Shown here: piece after piece, positions 49,121-64,000 of the stretch
Layout: each line of letters starts with the position of its first letter
Numbering within the stretch: position 1 is the stretch's first letter
NCBI RefSeq assembly: GCF_009914755.1
Contig: NC_060938.1
DNA length: 64,000 bases
Strand: one strand, 5' to 3'
DNA from: the human T2T-CHM13v2.0 reference genome, Homo sapiens
Notes under the pieces: model-generated
The model's input: the letters and a program-made list of their open reading frames with translations, nothing else
The model's database searches: none
Told to the model about the DNA's origin: nothing
Translations under genes and position numbers: made by a program

Positions 49121-49929
49121 GTACTGCACAGGGTTGTTGTATTAACTGAGTTAGTAAGTATAAAACGCTTAGAACTGTGCCTGACCCTAGTAATGCTCAA
49201 TTAATAAATGTTAAGCCATCCCTTCTTCCCCCGATGCCCATGGAAGGCGTATGTGTTCCAATCTCATTTAAGGGTGCAGGCTTCTTTGTGGCAGTGAGCT
49301 GGGTAAATGGTGATTACTTTTCTTTGATTTGCTACATAAGATTTGCCTCCTGTGGGGCTCACGTGACTTGGTGTGCGGGTGCTGGGGGAGGACAGGGATG
49401 GATGTGAGTGGTATTTGGCACACAGAAACTTTTCCAGCCTTAACTGCCTGGGACCCCTGAAGAAAACCATTGGCAGTTCTCCCTCCAGCCCTCTTGGATC
49501 ACGGCTTAGGTGCCTATAATAGAGTGTGGATGGTGTGGGAGGGTGAGAAAGGGCTGAAATGAGAGATCACTGGCAGAGAATTTGTAGCCTAAACAGGGGC
49601 CTTACCTAGAAAACCTTGGAGAAAATTCTCCTCCTGAGCTGGGCTTCAGATCTTCTTGGCCTGTTCCAGGCATCTTGAGGGCAATAATGGTGCCAGAGAG
49701 GCAGTGTAGCCAAGAGGCCAGGAAGGTGCACCCTGGAGCCCCACTGCCTAGGTTCAAATCCCAGCTCTGCCACATGCCAAGTTATTTAACCTCTGTTCCT
49801 TATCTGTAAAATGACAATGATGGCACCTAACTCATGGAGTGTCATGTAATGTGCCTGGAGCAGTAAATGTCAGCTACTAGGAATATTCCACCAGCCAGTG
49901 TGTCCTGTGACTACAAGGGACAGCTACTA

Positions 49930-50725
<796 letters not shown>

Positions 50726-51177
50726 GTTGAGACCCAACACAGCTCTGTACTTGGAGGCTGGACCATGTGGAGTCACTCCTCAGTGTTTCCTGAGCACCTG
50801 TGGTTTAAGTGTCACCCACAGCCCCTGCCCTCTGGAGGTGTGGGGAACACACCAGACCATGGAACTGAATGTGCCCTGGGTATGCGTATTGCCAGCGATG
50901 GAATATTCTGGGGCAAGAGGGCTTAGGGTGGATCCGTTGGTTTAAAAAGGCCTCTGGAGAAGCCGGACCCCTGGCAGGGCCTTGAAGGATGGAGGGTTTG
51001 GATAAGGACAGGGAGGAGGGCAGGGAGAAGGAAAGAAAGGCATAATTGGAAGTCAGGGAGGCTCACTCAGTTATTCATTCATTATTCGTTCATCAGCTCA
51101 TTTAACACCTGTGCTCTAGGCTGTGGGGCCAGGGTGGAGCCGGTGCCAGGACAGTGAGGTGAACAAGATAGACCTAG

Positions 51178-52045
<868 letters not shown>

Positions 52046-53224
52046 CAATCCTTTCTTAATCTGTCTTATTACACTAAGGAGAAAGCCTCACATGGGTGCT
52101 TTAACACCACTCTCATTCTTGCTCATCTCCTTTTTTAGCCTAGAGAGCAGGCCTCAGGTATGTTCACAGGTGCTAAAGTTTAATAACACTTCTGCCTAGT
52201 CCCTCACTTTTATTTGTTTAATTACCTTCTTTTTGTGGCAAGGGGTACTGATTTTCTATTTCTGGAAGTAGATTGTAATTTCTTTTTAAAAAATAATATA
52301 TTTGTGTAATAGAACCAAGAGTGGGATTTTCCCCCTTGCCTTGGAATTGACCACTGGGTCTAGGTCCTCTTTAGTGGTGGGGCCTGACTCCACTCCCTAA
52401 TCAGGACTTCCACCAACAGCAGCCCCCTCCACCTTGCAATCTCCACCCCCCAACACACACTGTCAGTACGGGGCAGCGGGGAGGGGCGGGGCGGGGAGTA
52501 GGAACTGGGGTTAGAGGGAGAGCATTTGGAGGCTGAGAGTCTTCGAGATCTGGAAGTGGAGCTACTTTCTTTAGAAGGTGGGTTACTATCTGCTCTCTCT
52601 CCTCAGTCAGGAGCCCCAGGGGTCAATCAGAGGTAACAGAATTTGTACCACAGGGGCCTGGAAATGATGAACTCTGCCCAGGAAATTGAGGAGCACAGAC
52701 GGAATCTGAAAATAGTGATGGTAAGACATAAGTTTCGAGTTTCCATTTTTTGAGTGGAGGTCCTGCGGTAATCCAGCTCCCAAGGTAAAATATTCAAATA
52801 AAAACATGATGTATATACTAGACATGGAACTTGAGGGGGCTGAGATTTTTTGAAACTGGTTAGAAGGGAAAACCAGGATGAATACAGCAAGAACAACATT
52901 CTGATAACAGCTATGATTGGAGGATAATGGGCAGGGAGGAGCCACGCCTCAGGAGCCAAAGTAAAAAGCACCTGGTCTGGAGGGCGGGAAGTCAGGGAAG
53001 CCTTCCTGGAAGAGGTGATTCTGAACTGAAACCCAAAAGTGACTAAGAGGTATCCTAGGACTTCTCTCAGTGACTGGTGTGTGTGATGCTGTGGATACAG
53101 AAGGGGCCCTTGAATGTTGATGGTGGGGGCTCACTGGCCCAGGAGTGTATTGCTGGGGGCCACTTAGTTTGATTTTGATCATCTTGGGCAAGAAGGAGAA
53201 GCAGTGCAGACCTCCCATCGGTAA

Positions 53225-53305
53225 CTCTGAATTATAGTCTGTCTCCCATGTAGCGTGCGGTCGCTCTGAATTACAGTCTGTCTCCCATGTAAAGTGTGAA
53301 TTACA
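53225..53305. repeat. 39-bp-period direct repeat (CTCTGAATTAYAGTCTGTCTCCCATGTA x2 plus partial third)
   Basis: Copies at 53225-53252 and 53264-53291, partial at 53297. Confidence 0.85.
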
Positions 53306-53879
53306 TGGGCAGTGACCAGCTCCCTCCAGCTCAGGCCAAAGCCCAGCAGAGTGCCCGTTTTGCTGAATAAATGAATGAGGGAAGATGGAAGGATAAAACG
53401 AGGCAGTTAAATAATGTGTGAGAAGTACCTGGCACCAGGCGGGCATTCAGTAAATATTAGTGTGCCCCTCCCTCCTCCTTTCGCCTCTCTCCTCTCTCTG
53501 GGCCCGGGTGGAATAGCATTTCCCCAGCTTTAAGAGTTGCCACGGAGCCCAGACCTCCCGCCTGGGCCCGGGTCCTTGGACTCCTCCCGTAGTGTTCCTC
53601 TCGGTGCCTCAGCTGCAGCTGACCTGTGAAAGGTCATGTCCTCATTGGGTCTGGACAGTGCTGGACTTTTGAGATCTGCCCCCACTCCAGGAACCCTGGG
53701 CAAGGGAGCCCCTCTGGCCTGCCGTCCCCCTAGACGCCACTCCATGACACCCTCAGGGTGGGAAGTCCCTGGGCCCCAAGAGCCCCATCCATTTGTATCC
53801 TATCCTAGCACAGAGACCTACCCCAGTCCTTCTCGTGCTCCACTTCCCCCGAAGGCCTTTATTCCACAGATTGGATTTG

Positions 53880-54330
53880 AATTTTCCGCCCCGGTAGCTG
53901 GCGGGGAGCCGGCCTCGCTGAAGGTCAGCCGTTCCCGGGTGCGTCCCCGCGCTGGCGCCGCCGTCAACCCTCGCCCCGGCCGCCCGGCGCACTCACCTCT
54001 GTCGGGTCCCGGGTGCAGGAAGCGCGGCCGCGGTTCGGCTGGGCCCGCGGGAGGGAGTGGCCGCGGGGACGGCGCCTGCGGGGCGTGGCGGGACCGGCGC
54101 GGAGCTCGCCGTGCGGGGTCCTCGGGCGGGAGGCGGAGGCTCCGCCGCCCACCCCGCCACGGGGACAGAGTCCAGGCCCCGCCGGACACCAGGGCACCTG
54201 CACCCCCCACCGGCCTGGGGAGGGTGCGGCTGCCAGGACAGCTCCTAGGGCACCTCCCTCCCCCCGGGGCTCGAGGGGCCCAGGTTTCCCTCCCTGCGGC
54301 CGGGCTGGCTGGATCCCTGCCCCTATCTAT
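53880..54330. promoter_or_regulatory. GPR68: CpG island / candidate distal GPR68 promoter with first-exon donor GAG|GTGAGT (exon end 53997 on -)
   Basis: High GC and CpG; GC boxes; consensus minus-strand 5' splice site. Confidence 0.65.
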
Positions 54331-55323
54331 TTGTGGTCTCTTTGTGGGAGGGGAGATGGGGAGCAGGTAGCTGGTTCTGCCTCTGCTCTCAGATGTGACA
54401 CGATGAACCCAACTTCGTGGGGCTGGGCCAAAAGGCCGGAGCTTGGAGAGGGGACATTTCTGCGCTTGACTTCGGGCTATGGACTCTGCCCGGTGGAGAC
54501 CATTGTACCCCATACGGATGGAGAGGTGACGGGCTTGCCCCCGGGCCTGGGGTCTGTCATTCCCCTGGCGGACTCTTTCTGCTGTCTCTGGAGAAGGGCA
54601 AGGAGGGAGGGTGGAAGGTGAGAGAGAAGCCGGGACAGAGTTTCCCAGCCTCCAGACAAGCCCGAGTGGCCATTCTCTGTGCCTTGTGCGGGAAAACCAC
54701 GTCTCTCAAACCTAGGCTCTTCCAGGGCTGAGTTTGGGGCCAGCTGAGTCTGAGGCGGCTGGGTTGTTCTGCTCTGAGCCTGCTACTGGGCCTGCCTCAG
54801 CAGACCTTTGGAATCGGATCCCTGTGGCCATCCTGCACACCTGGTACCCCTCTCCCTGAGGCCTTTCGTGGGGCTGGGAGGGCAGAAATGAGAGGGAAAT
54901 GGCCTAGGAGACAGCCAGCGGCTGGCATAGCTGCGTACACCTTAGGACGGTCAGCTCCGCAAAGCCCCTAGCTTCTCTTCTCTTCTCGTTCCTTCTTCAC
55001 CTTTGGTTATTTCTGCTCAATCATTCAGACTCTTCCCCTGCAGCCCATCCCTAAGAGGTGGTGCTCCCTGTGCCAAGCCGACCTGTGCTGGCTTGTGAAA
55101 GCACATCTGTGAATTTCCAGGAATTTTGCAAGCCAGTTGTTCAGCACAGCCATTATTAACAATTAACTTATGTAAACCTACCATCGAGTAACTTACATGA
55201 AAAGCAAAGGTAACACTCAAGACTCCCCACTTCCTAATTATTTTACTTTTGCCCATGCTTTCAGGTTACACCTATTGTATCTGTATGGTGGTGATATTAT
55301 ACCATGAGGTGCATCTCTTTCTG

Positions 55324-55785
55324 GTGAAGGAAATCCCAAAATATTTCACCCCAAAATATGGCTCCCTGGTATAGTGAGTATTTTGAATTCAACACCCTTA
55401 GAGATCAATAAACTGGAAGAAACTTTCCCCCTTCTACAAAAAGAAAGGACTGAATCACCAAGGAGAACAGTTGTTCTTGTTCGCCCGTTATCTCATTACC
55501 CTTCACAGCAAAGAAGACCCAGAATGTAACCACATCTGAACAGACTCTTTCAAGACAGTGACTGTTGCCAAGGATCATATAAATTCCAAAGAATTTTACA
55601 AGTTACTTTCTGTTCCCCATCCAATCGTTCTCCCTAGTAATCATTTATAATCCCTCAATAGAATTCTTCTCCCTCTCCCATAAGCCCCCATTCTGTCTGT
55701 AACCTCGAGGTAGTATATAAGTTTCTGGACTTCACTGGAGGGGGTCTAGTCTTTATTCTGAAGGCTGTCATGTATACCTGTTAAG
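55324..55785 (+). mobile_element. ERV1 LTR (MER34/MER39-like)
   Basis: tgaaggaaatcccaaaatatttcaccccaaaatatggctccctggtat...gtatataagtttctgg. Confidence 0.5.
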
Positions 55786-55854
55786 AATGATAGAGAAGAT
55801 GTCTTGGGTGAATATTATGATATATAAATTATATCTCGATTTTTAAAAAATTGA

Positions 55855-57037
<1,183 letters not shown>

Positions 57038-57587
57038 CATATCCAGCTGCAACTTGGGTATTTCCCAGCCACCAGGTCACACACCACACCAACGCAGAGG
57101 GTGGGGCCCTGGAACTCAGGAGGGGGCGTGATCCAGGGTGCTCTCTTAGCCACAGGATCCCATGGTACTGCTGAAGGGGGCTGTGGCTTGGGATTGGCTG
57201 TGGAGGTGAGCAGGGTCTTAGCGTTGAAAGCAGCTGATGGAGTAACAGGACCACGGGGGAGAGTGAGGGGAAGGCCAGCATCCTCCGGATGTGTATGGGG
57301 CAGGTGTTGGGGGTGGGAATACAAAGAGGCCTCGCTTTGGAGGGGGAGGATGGTGAGCTGTGTTGGGCATGTTGAATTTGAGGTGCGTTTGGGACATGCA
57401 AGTTGGAAATCCAGATCTGGGGTTTTGGAGGAGAGGTGGGGGCTGGAGATACAAGTTTGGGCCTTCTGGGAATAGGTGGTAATTAAAGTTGTGGGTATGC
57501 CTGGGCTTGATGAAGTATGATCAGGGGCTGGGTGTGCCTTGAGGGGAGCCTGTAGAGAGGACCTAGTCTGCAAAGGGCTGGGTATGG

Positions 57588-57885
57588 GTGTAGAGCACCT
57601 TCGACATAAGTAACTCCATCTTAGAAAAAGACTCCATCTTACATTTAATATGGCACTTCGCCAACAGGGACCGCATGTTTTACCTGATCAATAAAGACTC
57701 ATCCAACCAGATAAGGACATAAACAAACACACTCTCCACTATCAGTCCTCACCAGAAGACTCTGTGACTATAAAAGGAGCAAGACTTCAGCAGCTTGAAA
57801 CGGCCGTCTCAACTGACACCATCTTGCTGTCACTTGTGATCAGCACCCAGCATCTCCCACCGAAGGCTCTGCCCACATCAGTGAC
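57588..57885 (+). mobile_element. ERV LTR fragment (5' part)
   Basis: tgtagagcacc..cataagtaactccatcttagaaaaagactccatcttac, TATA-like ctataaaagg; truncated by L1. Confidence 0.5.
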
Positions 57886-58312
57886 TCTACTATTTACAAC
57901 AGCCAAGATGCGGAAGCAACCAAAGTGTCCATCAACAAATGAATGAAGAAAATATTGCATATATACACAACGGAGAACTACTCAGCTGTAAAAAAGAATG
58001 AGATGCTGTCATCTGCAACATGGATGGAACTGGAGCTCATTATGTTAAGTGAAATAAGCCAGGCACAGAGAGAGAAACTTCACCTGTCGTTACTTATTTG
58101 AGGGAGCTAACAATGAAAACAACTAAACTCATGGAGGTTGAGAGTAGAAGGATGGTTACCAGAGGCTGGGCAGGGTAATGGGGTGGGAGGGGAGTGAGGA
58201 TGGTTAATGGGAACAAACATATAGTTAGATACAATAAGACCTAGTATTTGATAGCACAAGAGGATGACTACAGTCAAAAATAACTTATTGTACATGTAAA
58301 AATAAGTAAAAG
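57886..58312 (+). mobile_element. L1MA 3' end fragment, followed by AluS (58314-58625)
   Basis: ctatttacaacagccaagat..gcaaccaaagtgtccatcaacaaatgaat...aagtgaaataagccaggcacag...ggttaccagaggctgg. Confidence 0.88.
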
Positions 58313-58376
58313 AGGCCGGGCGTGGTGGCTCACGCCTGTAATCCTAGCACTTTGGGAGGCCGAGGTGGGCAGATCA

Positions 58377-58682
<306 letters not shown>

Positions 58683-59802
58683 TTATGCCTGACCTCGCGC
58701 TGCTCACAAGTGTGGCCAATGTGGAGGGGAGTGTTCTAAATAGGAAGGTCCCTGAGTCAGGGCACCTCCTGAGAAGTGACGAGGGCTGAGAAGTTGCCTC
58801 TGGATTAGCGACCTTGACAGGAGCTCTCCCGCAGGACCAGTGGGACCAAAAGCCGGCTGGAGTGGATGGAAGAGTAGGGGGAGAGCCTGAGGCAGCGGGA
58901 CCAGTCGGCGGGAGGGTGTGAACTAGGGCAGAGACAGCTGGCAGAGGGGAGCGGCCCAGATTCCCACCCCACCCTCAGGTCCAGGATGTGACGTGTGATA
59001 TGTGGGATGTGAGGAAAGGAGGGGTCCAGCTCGAATCTCAGGCTCCTGAGGCTGCAGAGATGGTCCTGGGAACAGGGGAGCTGGGTTGATGAGGGCAGCA
59101 GTCCTGGCCTGAAGGTCAGGAGACGCTGGGCTGGAGGTCACCTCCACAAGCGCTCCCTTTGTAGGGAGGGTGGGGTCAGGCCTGCAGGGGGAATGCACGA
59201 CAGGAGAGTGGTGGAGGCAGAATCCAGGGCTCTGCCCGCAGCCCTGATGTCCCCGGGAGGGATGAATGAAGGGACGAAGGAGCAGGCAGCACAGAGCTGT
59301 CCCAGAGGGACAAAGAAGCGTGCAGCTGAGGCTAAGGGTGCCAAGAAGTGCCTGGCCAGCTGTCAAGTATTGCAAAGGCCACACAGGATGAAGACTGCGG
59401 GTGGCCACCGCTCAGTCTGGCTCAAAACAGCATGGATGGCAGTTTCTGTGGAGTGGCCAGATACAAGGACAGATTGCAGAGCCTCGGGGAGAACGGGCAA
59501 GGAGGTGAGAGGAGAGAGCCAAAAAATAGGCTTGGTGAGAAGGAAGGAGACACTGAGGCAGCAGCTGGACAGAAAAACATCAGAAGAACCTTGGTCAGGC
59601 ATGGCCATTTTCATGCCTCCTCCTTCCCTCTCTTCCTCCTCTCCACCATGCATCCGATTTCAGTATCTTCGGCCCCTAAGGTCCAAATTCCAGATCCAGC
59701 ATTTACTGGTTGAGTAGCCTTGGGAAAATCATAAGGAGCCCCTTCAGGCTGAGCTCCTGTCACGACATGAGATGAACGCCATAGCAAAATGGGGTTCTTC
59801 AA

Positions 59803-60175
59803 TTATTTTTGAGATGGGGTCTTGCTGTGTCGCCCAGGCTGGAGTGCAGAGGCACAAGTCCTGGTTCACTGAAGCCTCGACTGCTGGGGCTCAAGTGATC
59901 CTCCCGCCTCAGCCTCCATAGTGGCTGGGACTACAGGTGCAAACCACCATACCCCGCTATTTTATTTTTTGTTTGAGACAGGGCCTCACTCTGTCTCCCA
60001 GGCTAGAGTGCAGTGGCACCATCACTGCTCACTGCAGCCTCAACATCCCTGGGCTTAAGGGATCCTCTGTCTTCAGCCTCCCGAGTAGCTGGGACTGCAG
60101 GTATACACCACCACGCCTGGCTAATTTTTCTATCTTTTGTAGACAATGTCTTGCTATGTTGCCCAGACTGGTCTC
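59803..60175 (-). mobile_element. Minus-strand AluJ fragments
   Basis: Reverse-complement Alu arms. Confidence 0.85.
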
Positions 60176-60399
60176 CAGCCCATTGCATGCCCCCTGTGGT
60201 GGTGGTGACCCATTAGAAAAACAAATAAAATAGGATTCAATTGATGCCAACTTAAACACACCTGAGGAGGGGTGGAAAGCTGTCACCGTACAGGAAATCT
60301 TTGTCCTTCACATCTGTCTCTGGTTGCACGTGTAACAGCTTCCCCCACCTAGTGGCAAGGAAAGTGGTGGATTCCAACTGTGGAGGAAGGGTCGCCGGC

Positions 60400-60730
60400 A
60401 TGCAGAGGGAGGGGTGCAGGGGGAGGGGTGCAGAGGGAGGGGCACAGAGGGAGGGGTGGAGGGGTGCAGAGGGAGGGGCGCAGAGGGAGGGGTGGAGGGG
60501 CGCAGAGGGAGGGGCACAGAGGGAGCGGTGCAGAGGGAGGGGCGCAGAGGGGGGGTGGAGGGGCGCAGGGGGGTGGAGGGGCGCAGGGGGGTGGAGGGGC
60601 GCAGGGGTAGGGGTGCAGAGGGAGGGGCACAGGGAGGGGCGCAGAGGGAGGGGTGGAGGGGCGCAGAGGGAGGGGTGCAGGGGCACAGAGGAAGGGGAGC
60701 AGAGGGAGGGGTGCATAAGGAGGGGCGCAG
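60400..60730. repeat. G-rich minisatellite (GCAGAGGGAGGGG-type units)
   Basis: Many gcagagggagggg / gtggagggg units. Confidence 0.92.
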
Positions 60731-60812
60731 GGAGCCCCAAGTCCCCAGGGGCCCACCCGATGCTAACAATGTGCAGTGAGGAAAGCCAGAACGCACTTCG
60801 GTTCCATTCCAT

Positions 60813-60859
60813 TTTATTACAGTCCTGTCCTTGAGTTCCAGAATGAATGGCTATTTAAT
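60813..60859 (-). terminator. CCDC88C: Candidate CCDC88C poly(A) signals: ATTAAA (60854-60859) and AATAAA (60813-60818)
   Basis: tttaat and tttatt on +, at the end of an AU-rich 3' UTR segment. Confidence 0.6.
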
Positions 60860-62098
60860 ACACAACCCCAAACACTCCTAAAATGGATCTTGTTAACATT
60901 CAAAAGTCTCCCATTTCTTTCTCAGTATATTAAATCAAAAGGAAAAAAAAATCTTAAAAAAAAAAAATCAATAGGTTTAGTTCACCCCAGGAAAAGCACC
61001 TTTACAACAGGAAACTAAATTGTCAGGAATCTGACCAAAGACACAAAGCAGCAGATAAGATTCCCGACAGAAGAGAGTGACTCCCACTGGAACATAAATA
61101 GATCCCCCCAAAGTATACATATTTCACATGAGTGTGTACATATACATGTCATATATTAAAAAAAATTGGTTTCTATACCCAAAAAGTTATTCAGAAATAA
61201 ATCAACACCCCGAGACCGGGGATGTCGGGTGCCGCAGCCAGGTTACACATCGAGCTTGCACCTCGCTCTGTGCGGATGACCCCTCGGTGCACTGTGCACA
61301 CTGGCCTGGAGGGGGCTGGATGGGGGCCTCTTTCCTGCCCCCCAATCCCCAGGCCTGGCAGATCCAGTGTTTGCAGAAAAGTGAGCCAGGGAAATCTAGG
61401 AAGGCAGGTGCCTGTGTGGTCCCCAAACCCCCTGGTGCAGAGCTCAGGAGCCAGCTGGAGGCTGGGGGCAAATGGCCAAGGCCACCGCCAGCTGCCCTGC
61501 AGGCTGCCCTGGGTCCTGGGGTAAAGGGAAGTGCTTGGGACCCCAGGAATGGAACAGCAGCACTCTCACTTTTTAACAGCAGGCCTGACTCTGGGGTCTG
61601 CCAGGCCCTGGAGACCTTTGTAGTATCGCCAGTCTGGGCTTCTCCTGGGATCCAGTGGCCTTGGGAGAGGGAGTGGGCTTTCTGACCCGCCAGGCCTGAG
61701 CCTCGTGAGCCTGTTGTGTGAGTGTGTGTGTGCTTAACGGAGCTCAACACATTGCAAATGAGTGTTCTACTGGGACATACTGGAGTAGTGTCTGCTTTGG
61801 GGGAAGTCAGTTTGTCATTGCATCCGAATTGGTCCCCATGCTGACGTGGATTATTTGTTCCAAAGATATCAGCTGCTGGAAGCGGCAGACACAGAAAACA
61901 CGTTACACACCTGGAAGCGTAATCCTCTTGGGGCTTGGCACAGTGTTTCCATTCACAGAACAAACAGCAGAAATGCGTGGGAACCCCTTTCCTCATTCCA
62001 AACCCTCTCCTGGCACCGCAGGCAAGCAAGAGAAAAGGCCGTGAGAGTCGGAAGGCGCGTCAGTAGTTTTCAGGTTTGCGAGCTCAACCACGAGACAG
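60860..62098 (-). other. CCDC88C: CCDC88C 3' UTR
   Basis: Repeat-free sequence between the stop codon and the poly(A) signals; U-rich distal part. Confidence 0.75.
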
Positions 62099-63127
<1,029 letters not shown>

Positions 63128-64000
63128 CTACGGAGAAGAGAGTGAAGGTTGGAGGTGGGCATGAGGGTTGGGTGGGTCCTTGGAGCCGCCTCCTGCGCGG
63201 GACGCCCCCGAGCAGCCCACGTGGCTGGGACCGCAGTTCCTGCCTGCCTTCTCCGAGGCACATGTGCCGCCTCCACCACACACACCAGCCCTGGGCAGGA
63301 TGGTGAGGGTGGCTAAGGCAGCATGGGACCACCAGGAAAGAACCCCAGATTCCCCCCAGGCAACCCCCTAACTTTACAGATAAGGAAACAGACCCAGAGA
63401 GGGAAATGACTTCCTACAAAGTGAGTAAGTTTCCCAGAAACCTCGACTATAGCCGACTGCTTCGGTCTGTCTGGTTTCCACCAAGCACAGCAGGAACTAG
63501 AATGCTGGCGGATATGAGCAGGGCCTTCCTTCCCCGGTCACCCCGGGACATCATAAGGACTTCACCTTGCGCCACCGAGAGCAAGAGGAACAAGAGCAGC
63601 TCTTGAAACGCCGGAACCTTCACTGCCACTCAGACCTCTCTCTGGGCCCGAGAAAGAGAAGAGAGAGGCAGAATGGGGATGGGAGGGGGTGGGGGACAGA
63701 GAGGTACAAATGGGGTCCGCGAGGGTCCAGAAGGGGGAATGGTGGGGCTGCACAGGGAAATGAAGACACCAGGAAGGCCCAGCCGCCACACTGTCCCTGC
63801 TAAGCTGCCGCCCGGGCTGTGCTTCCCCTGCCCAGGGAGCAGGTGTCATTTGCCACCACCTTGGGAATAGGCAGAGCCACAGAGGCAAGGGTCTATGGCC
63901 CCACTCAGGAACTGCAGCCTTCTGCAAGCCTAGCTTCTCCTGAGGCTGACATGGATGAAGAGGAAGAGAAGTGAGTTCATGGGGGATGAGAGGCCGGCAG

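Noticed and set aside
53225-53305. Repeat-spacer-repeat pattern resembling a mini CRISPR array
   Set aside because: Only two full 28-bp copies with an 11-bp spacer, eukaryotic context and no cas genes; a simple local duplication
60252-60834. Multiple repetitive ORFs (APPSAPL / QREG units)
   Set aside because: Products of the G-rich minisatellite
61202-62029. 275-aa minus-strand ORF downstream of the CCDC88C stop
   Set aside because: Lies in the GC-rich 3' UTR, non-ATG start, crosses a CA repeat, no recognisable homology

Overview
Human (primate) genomic DNA; the gene content matches the chr14q32 DGLUCY-GPR68-CCDC88C interval. The window holds the last two coding exons of DGLUCY/C14orf159 (+, 4905-5056 and 14182-14331) and the complete single-exon CDS of the proton-sensing GPCR GPR68/OGR1 (-, 23451-24548). 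Three candidate alternative non-coding GPR68 first exons/promoters lie upstream (~33.8-34.3 kb, and CpG islands at ~43 kb and ~54 kb). The terminal coding exon and 3' UTR of CCDC88C/Daple are on the - strand (62099-63127, ending in the GCV PDZ-binding motif). Most of the rest is interspersed repeats (about 45 Alu copies, L1, L2, CR1, MaLR/ERV LTRs, DNA transposons) and simple repeats. The most notable structures are: an L1-mobilised, polyadenylated, doubly deleted HERV-W processed pseudogene nested in a MER44/Tigger7 transposon, which also supplies the likely DGLUCY poly(A) signal; a MER11 solo LTR inserted inside an Alu in the GPR68 intron; two uORFs in the GPR68 leader, one overlapping an alternative in-frame start; and an Alu flanked by an ~140-bp direct duplication. 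I found no evidence for a wholly new protein-coding system. Most long ORFs in the track are Alu, low-complexity or antisense shadows. Gene and repeat-family names come from recognising the sequences, not from database searches.
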